A DNA stretch of 64,000 nt from Dehalococcoidia bacterium (GTDB taxonomy: Bacteria > Chloroflexota > Dehalococcoidia > DSTF01 > RBG-16-68-14). This document shows, piece after piece, positions 60,586 through 64,000 of the stretch (position 1 is its first letter; every line of letters starts with the position of its first letter). The stretch is taken from assembly GCA_040882355.1 (NCBI GenBank), contig JBBEBM010000053.1, positions 1 to 64,000 of the forward strand, written 5' to 3'. The notes beneath the pieces are model-generated. The model saw only the letters and a list, made by a program, of their open reading frames with translations, was not told the DNA's origin and made no database searches. The translations under genes were made by a program, and so were the position numbers.

Positions 60586-62196
60586 CTATAGAGGGTAGCG
60601 GGGGGTACTTGGCACTCGCCGGACCTCCGCCTCCGGCGGCACCGCACGCAGGCGGTCTGCCATGCGCTCGCCGATCATGACGCAGGTGAGGTGGGTGTTG
60701 GCGCGGGGCACCTCGGGCATGATCGAAGCGTCGATCACGCGAAGCGACTCCGTCCCAAGCACCCGGCACTCGGTATCGACGACCGATTGCGGGTCATCGG
60801 GCGGGCCCATGCGACAGGTGCCCACGATGTGCTGGGCGTCGCCCGCCGCGCCGAGCAGCCAGGCGTCGAGGTCGGCGTCGCTCCCGAAGCCGTCGACGCC
60901 CCGGCGGTAGTCCGGATCGAGGCTGAGCGTCATCGCTCCCCCGGCGATCGCCGTCGTCGCGGGCTGTCGGGCGATCTCAAACAGGCGGCGGGCGCCATCG
61001 CGCAGGCGCATGAGGTCGCGCTCGTCTGAGAGCATGCGCTCCTCGACCTGCGGGTCGAGCTCCGGGTCGGCGCTGGTGATGCGCAGCCAGCCGCGCGAGT
61101 AGCACAGGTTCACCCAGCAGCCGAAGAGCGCCATCGACGGGTTGCCGAGCACCATGTTCATGCCCACCTGCATCATGTCGTTCTCTTCGTCGCCCGCGAG
61201 CCCAGACGTGTAGCGGACGCAGACGTTGGTGTGGCGAAAGTCGGGGTCCGGCACGCGGGCGTCCTCGCGCAGCATGAGCAGGAGTTGGACGACGGGGTGG
61301 TCCTGCAGGCTCTCGCCTACCGGCAGGTCGATCAGCGGCGCGATGCCGAGCGACCGCAGATGTTCCGGCCGGCCGACGCCCGAGCGCTGGAGGATGGCCG
61401 GCGTGTGAACCGCGCCCGCGCTCAGAATCACGTCGTTCGCGCGCACGGAACGCCACTCGCCGTCGATGCGCACCCGCACGCCGACCGCGCGCGTGCCCAC
61501 GAAGTCGACGCGGTCGACGAGCGCACCGCCGCGGATCTCGAGGTTCGGGCGGTCGCGCGCCGGCTCCAGGTAGCCGTCGTTCGTCGTCACGCGCTGCTCG
61601 TCGCGGCTGTTGATCGCGTAGGGCGAGACGCCGGTACCCATCGGCGCGTTGTGGTCCTCGCACCACGAATAGCCGAGCGCGAGGGCGCTCCCGGCCAGCG
61701 CCCGGTCGCCGGCGCCCCACTTCTCCCTCGGCGCGCGGTAGATCGGGATCGGGCCACCGTGGCCGTGGTAGGGCGCATCGCCGAAGTCGAGATCGTCCTC
61801 CAGCTTGACGAAGTAGGGCAGCACCGCCTCGCCCGACCAGCCGTCGCAGCCGTGCACCGTCACCCAGCGGTCGAAGTCGGCGAGCGGCGGCCGGATGGCG
61901 ATCTGGCCGTTGATCGCCGACGAGCCGCCCAGGCCGCGCCCGCGCCAGAACAGGCTAGGCTCCTGCGACTCTGTCCGGCGCGCGCGCAGCTTCGTCCAGG
62001 AGAAGTCCGGGTGCGCGACCATCGCGGAGGGATTGGGGATACGCATCTCGCGCGGCGCGTCGGCGGAGCGCCAGTCGGGCCCCGCTTCGAGCAGCAGGAC
62101 GCGGCACGCCGGGTCTTCCGTCAGCCGGGCGGCGAGCGTCGCGCCGGACGAACCGGCGCCGACGATGACGTAGTCGTACGAGGCCTCACGCGCCAA
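60586..62196 (-). CDS. GMC family oxidoreductase
   Basis: GAGSSG, GGSSAING, HIVGTCRMG, ANT. Confidence 0.92.
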   Translation of the reverse strand: MAREASYDYVIVGAGSSGATLAARLTEDPACRVLLLEAGPDWRSADAPREMRIPNPSAMVAHPDFSWTKLRARRTESQEPSLFWRGRGLGGSSAINGQIAIRPPLADFDRWVTVHGCDGWSGEAVLPYFVKLEDDLDFGDAPYHGHGGPIPIYRAPREKWGAGDRALAGSALALGYSWCEDHNAPMGTGVSPYAINSRDEQRVTTNDGYLEPARDRPNLEIRGGALVDRVDFVGTRAVGVRVRIDGEWRSVRANDVILSAGAVHTPAILQRSGVGRPEHLRSLGIAPLIDLPVGESLQDHPVVQLLLMLREDARVPDPDFRHTNVCVRYTSGLAGDEENDMMQVGMNMVLGNPSMALFGCWVNLCYSRGWLRITSADPELDPQVEERMLSDERDLMRLRDGARRLFEIARQPATTAIAGGAMTLSLDPDYRRGVDGFGSDADLDAWLLGAAGDAQHIVGTCRMGPPDDPQSVVDTECRVLGTESLRVIDASIMPEVPRANTHLTCVMIGERMADRLRAVPPEAEVRRVPSTPRYPL

Positions 62197-64000
62197 CGGC
62201 GCGCTCCTCTATCGACCGCAGCACCTCGTGAGCGAACTGGAGCGAGCGCTCCTGGTGCTCGATGTTTTGCTCGATTGCGAGCGACCCGTGGCCCGCGTCG
62301 AACCAGATTAGCTCGATCTCCTTGCCCAGCTCGCGCATCTTCTCCTCGTAGACGTGCATCTGGCGCGACGGGCAGCGCGTGTCGTTGCTGCCCTGGATGA
62401 CGAGCAGCGGCGCGCGCACGTCAGACGCGTAGGTGATCGGCGAGCTGCGCGCGTGCTCCTCGGGCTTCTCGTCCGGCGTGCCGCCGAAGAGCGCGACCTG
62501 GTAACGGCGCAGCGTCTCCGCCTGGTCCTCGTACATGAGCACCCAGTCTGCGATGGCGACCTGCGCGATGCCGCCCGCCCACAGCTCCGGCAGCCTGCCG
62601 AGACCGAGCAGCGTCAGGTAGCCGCCGTACGAACCGCCGGCCAGGAAGACCTGGTCCGGGATCGCGATGCCCTGCTCGACGAGCCAGGCGTAGGCGGCGC
62701 CGATGTCGTCGACCTCCCAGTGACCGAGGTCGCCCTCGATGCACTTCTGGAACTCGCGTCCGAAGGTTGTCGAACCGCGGTAGTTGATGCTCAACACAGC
62801 GAAACCGTGGTCGAGCCACGCCTGCGATCGCGGGCTGAAGCTGTCCATCATGACGGCCGTCGGGCCGCCGTGCACGTTGAGGACCGCGGGGAAGGGGCCC
62901 TGGCCTGGCGGCGTCGCGAGCCAGGCCTGGATGCGAGCGCCTTCCGTCGAGTCGTAGGAGACCGATCGCCACTTCGCGCCGGGCGGGGCATCGTCGCCTT
63001 TGAGCAGCACACGGCGCTCAGCGCCCGTTTGCTCATCGAGCGCGACGACGCGCGCCGGACGCGTCGAGTCGCTCAAGAGAACGTATATCTCGCCACCGGG
63101 CGCGAAGTGCGCGTTCACGACCGTGCCGGAAGGATGATCGAGCCAGCGCAGCGAGCCGCCAGTGAGGTCGTAGACCGCCAGCCGCTGGACGGCCTCGTTC
63201 ACCTGCATCATGAGCAGATGCTGACCGTCCTCCGACCAGTCGACCGGAAGCACCTCCCCTGGCACATCTGCGAAGTCGAGATCGACCCGATCGCCGGAGC
63301 GCGGCGACCAGACCAGCGGCCGGCTGAGCCCGCTGCGCGTCGTCGAGCAGAGGACCCGGTCGTCGCCGGGGACGCGCGAAAAGCGCGTGGCGGTCACGCT
63401 CGCGCCCTCGTCGTACAGCTCGGCGATGCGCTCGCCCGTTGCCGTGTCGAACGCCGCGAGGTCGACGTCGGTCGAATTGCTGCGCTCCGTGAGGCCGAGC
63501 ACCGCGATGCCGCCGTCATTCGAGAGGTTCACCCCACGCATGAGCGGTCTCGTGTGATAGAGGAGGGAGCGAGCGCCGATCTCGCCGGCGGCGCCCAGCT
63601 CGATCAGGTAGGTGTGGAAGCCTTCGCGCGTCGCTGTGGTGAGCGTGAGGCGGCTGCAGTCGCGACTCATCGCCAGGCCACCGGACGCGTACAGCGGAAG
63701 GTCGGGCGTTACGTCTTCGGCGTCGCCGCCCTCGAAGGGCACGCGCACGACGTGACCGATCTCGTTGCCCTGCTCGTCGTCGAGATAGTAGACGAAGCGG
63801 CCATCGGGGCTGAGCGACGCCATCACCTTGCCTGCGGGCGCAAAGGTGAGCTGTCGCAGCTCGCCCGAAGGCACGTCCCACGCGTACACCTGCTGGACGC
63901 CGGAGCGGTTCGTCGTGGCGATGCCGCGCGATGGCTCCTGCGAGGCCACGGCGGCGATCGCGATCGTCCAGGCGCGGAAGCGCTGCTTCCAGGGCGCGTC
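62186..64000 (-). CDS. S9 family (prolyl oligopeptidase/acylaminoacyl) peptidase, 5' end beyond the window
   Basis: HGGP, GGSYGG, DTRC, GH; frame open to the window edge. Confidence 0.9.
   Translation of the reverse strand, partial: DAPWKQRFRAWTIAIAAVASQEPSRGIATTNRSGVQQVYAWDVPSGELRQLTFAPAGKVMASLSPDGRFVYYLDDEQGNEIGHVVRVPFEGGDAEDVTPDLPLYASGGLAMSRDCSRLTLTTATREGFHTYLIELGAAGEIGARSLLYHTRPLMRGVNLSNDGGIAVLGLTERSNSTDVDLAAFDTATGERIAELYDEGASVTATRFSRVPGDDRVLCSTTRSGLSRPLVWSPRSGDRVDLDFADVPGEVLPVDWSEDGQHLLMMQVNEAVQRLAVYDLTGGSLRWLDHPSGTVVNAHFAPGGEIYVLLSDSTRPARVVALDEQTGAERRVLLKGDDAPPGAKWRSVSYDSTEGARIQAWLATPPGQGPFPAVLNVHGGPTAVMMDSFSPRSQAWLDHGFAVLSINYRGSTTFGREFQKCIEGDLGHWEVDDIGAAYAWLVEQGIAIPDQVFLAGGSYGGYLTLLGLGRLPELWAGGIAQVAIADWVLMYEDQAETLRRYQVALFGGTPDEKPEEHARSSPITYASDVRAPLLVIQGSNDTRCPSRQMHVYEEKMRELGKEIELIWFDAGHGSLAIEQNIEHQERSLQFAHEVLRSIEERAVGA

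Noticed and set aside
60586..62196. mycofactocin mftG assignment
   Set aside because: Only generic GMC motifs; no mft genes in the window

Overview
This is high-GC bacterial DNA. Gene content (Re-citrate-synthase-like enzyme, split MetE, F420-type LLM/PPOX proteins, DinB/MDMPI proteins) suggests Chloroflexota/Dehalococcoidia, which is an inference. It looks like a metagenome contig, with a poly-C end, a 10-N gap and several single-base frameshifts. Most genes are housekeeping or metabolic: ccr with a MaoC hydratase, a B12 mutase and a phaB-like gene (first half of the ethylmalonyl-CoA route), glmS with a clear glmS ribozyme, cmk-plsC-ispH, acsA, mutL and split metE. The most notable structures are: (1) a ~2 kb segment (22024-24024) bounded by ~240-bp imperfect inverted repeats that end in REP-like hairpins and enclose a RES-Xre toxin-antitoxin pair; (2) an OmpR-type two-component system whose putative boxes recur with identical spacing at four neighbouring promoters, driving DM13, spondin and sortase-signal surface proteins; (3) a mutase with a non-canonical substrate-pocket motif next to ccr; (4) a ChdC/HemQ-Rieske fusion; (5) a lone HD + HSP90-like ATPase conflict-type gene; (6) a cmk with no canonical start codon; (7) a candidate 6S-like RNA. 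No CRISPR array, tRNA, rRNA, integrase or transposase was seen.
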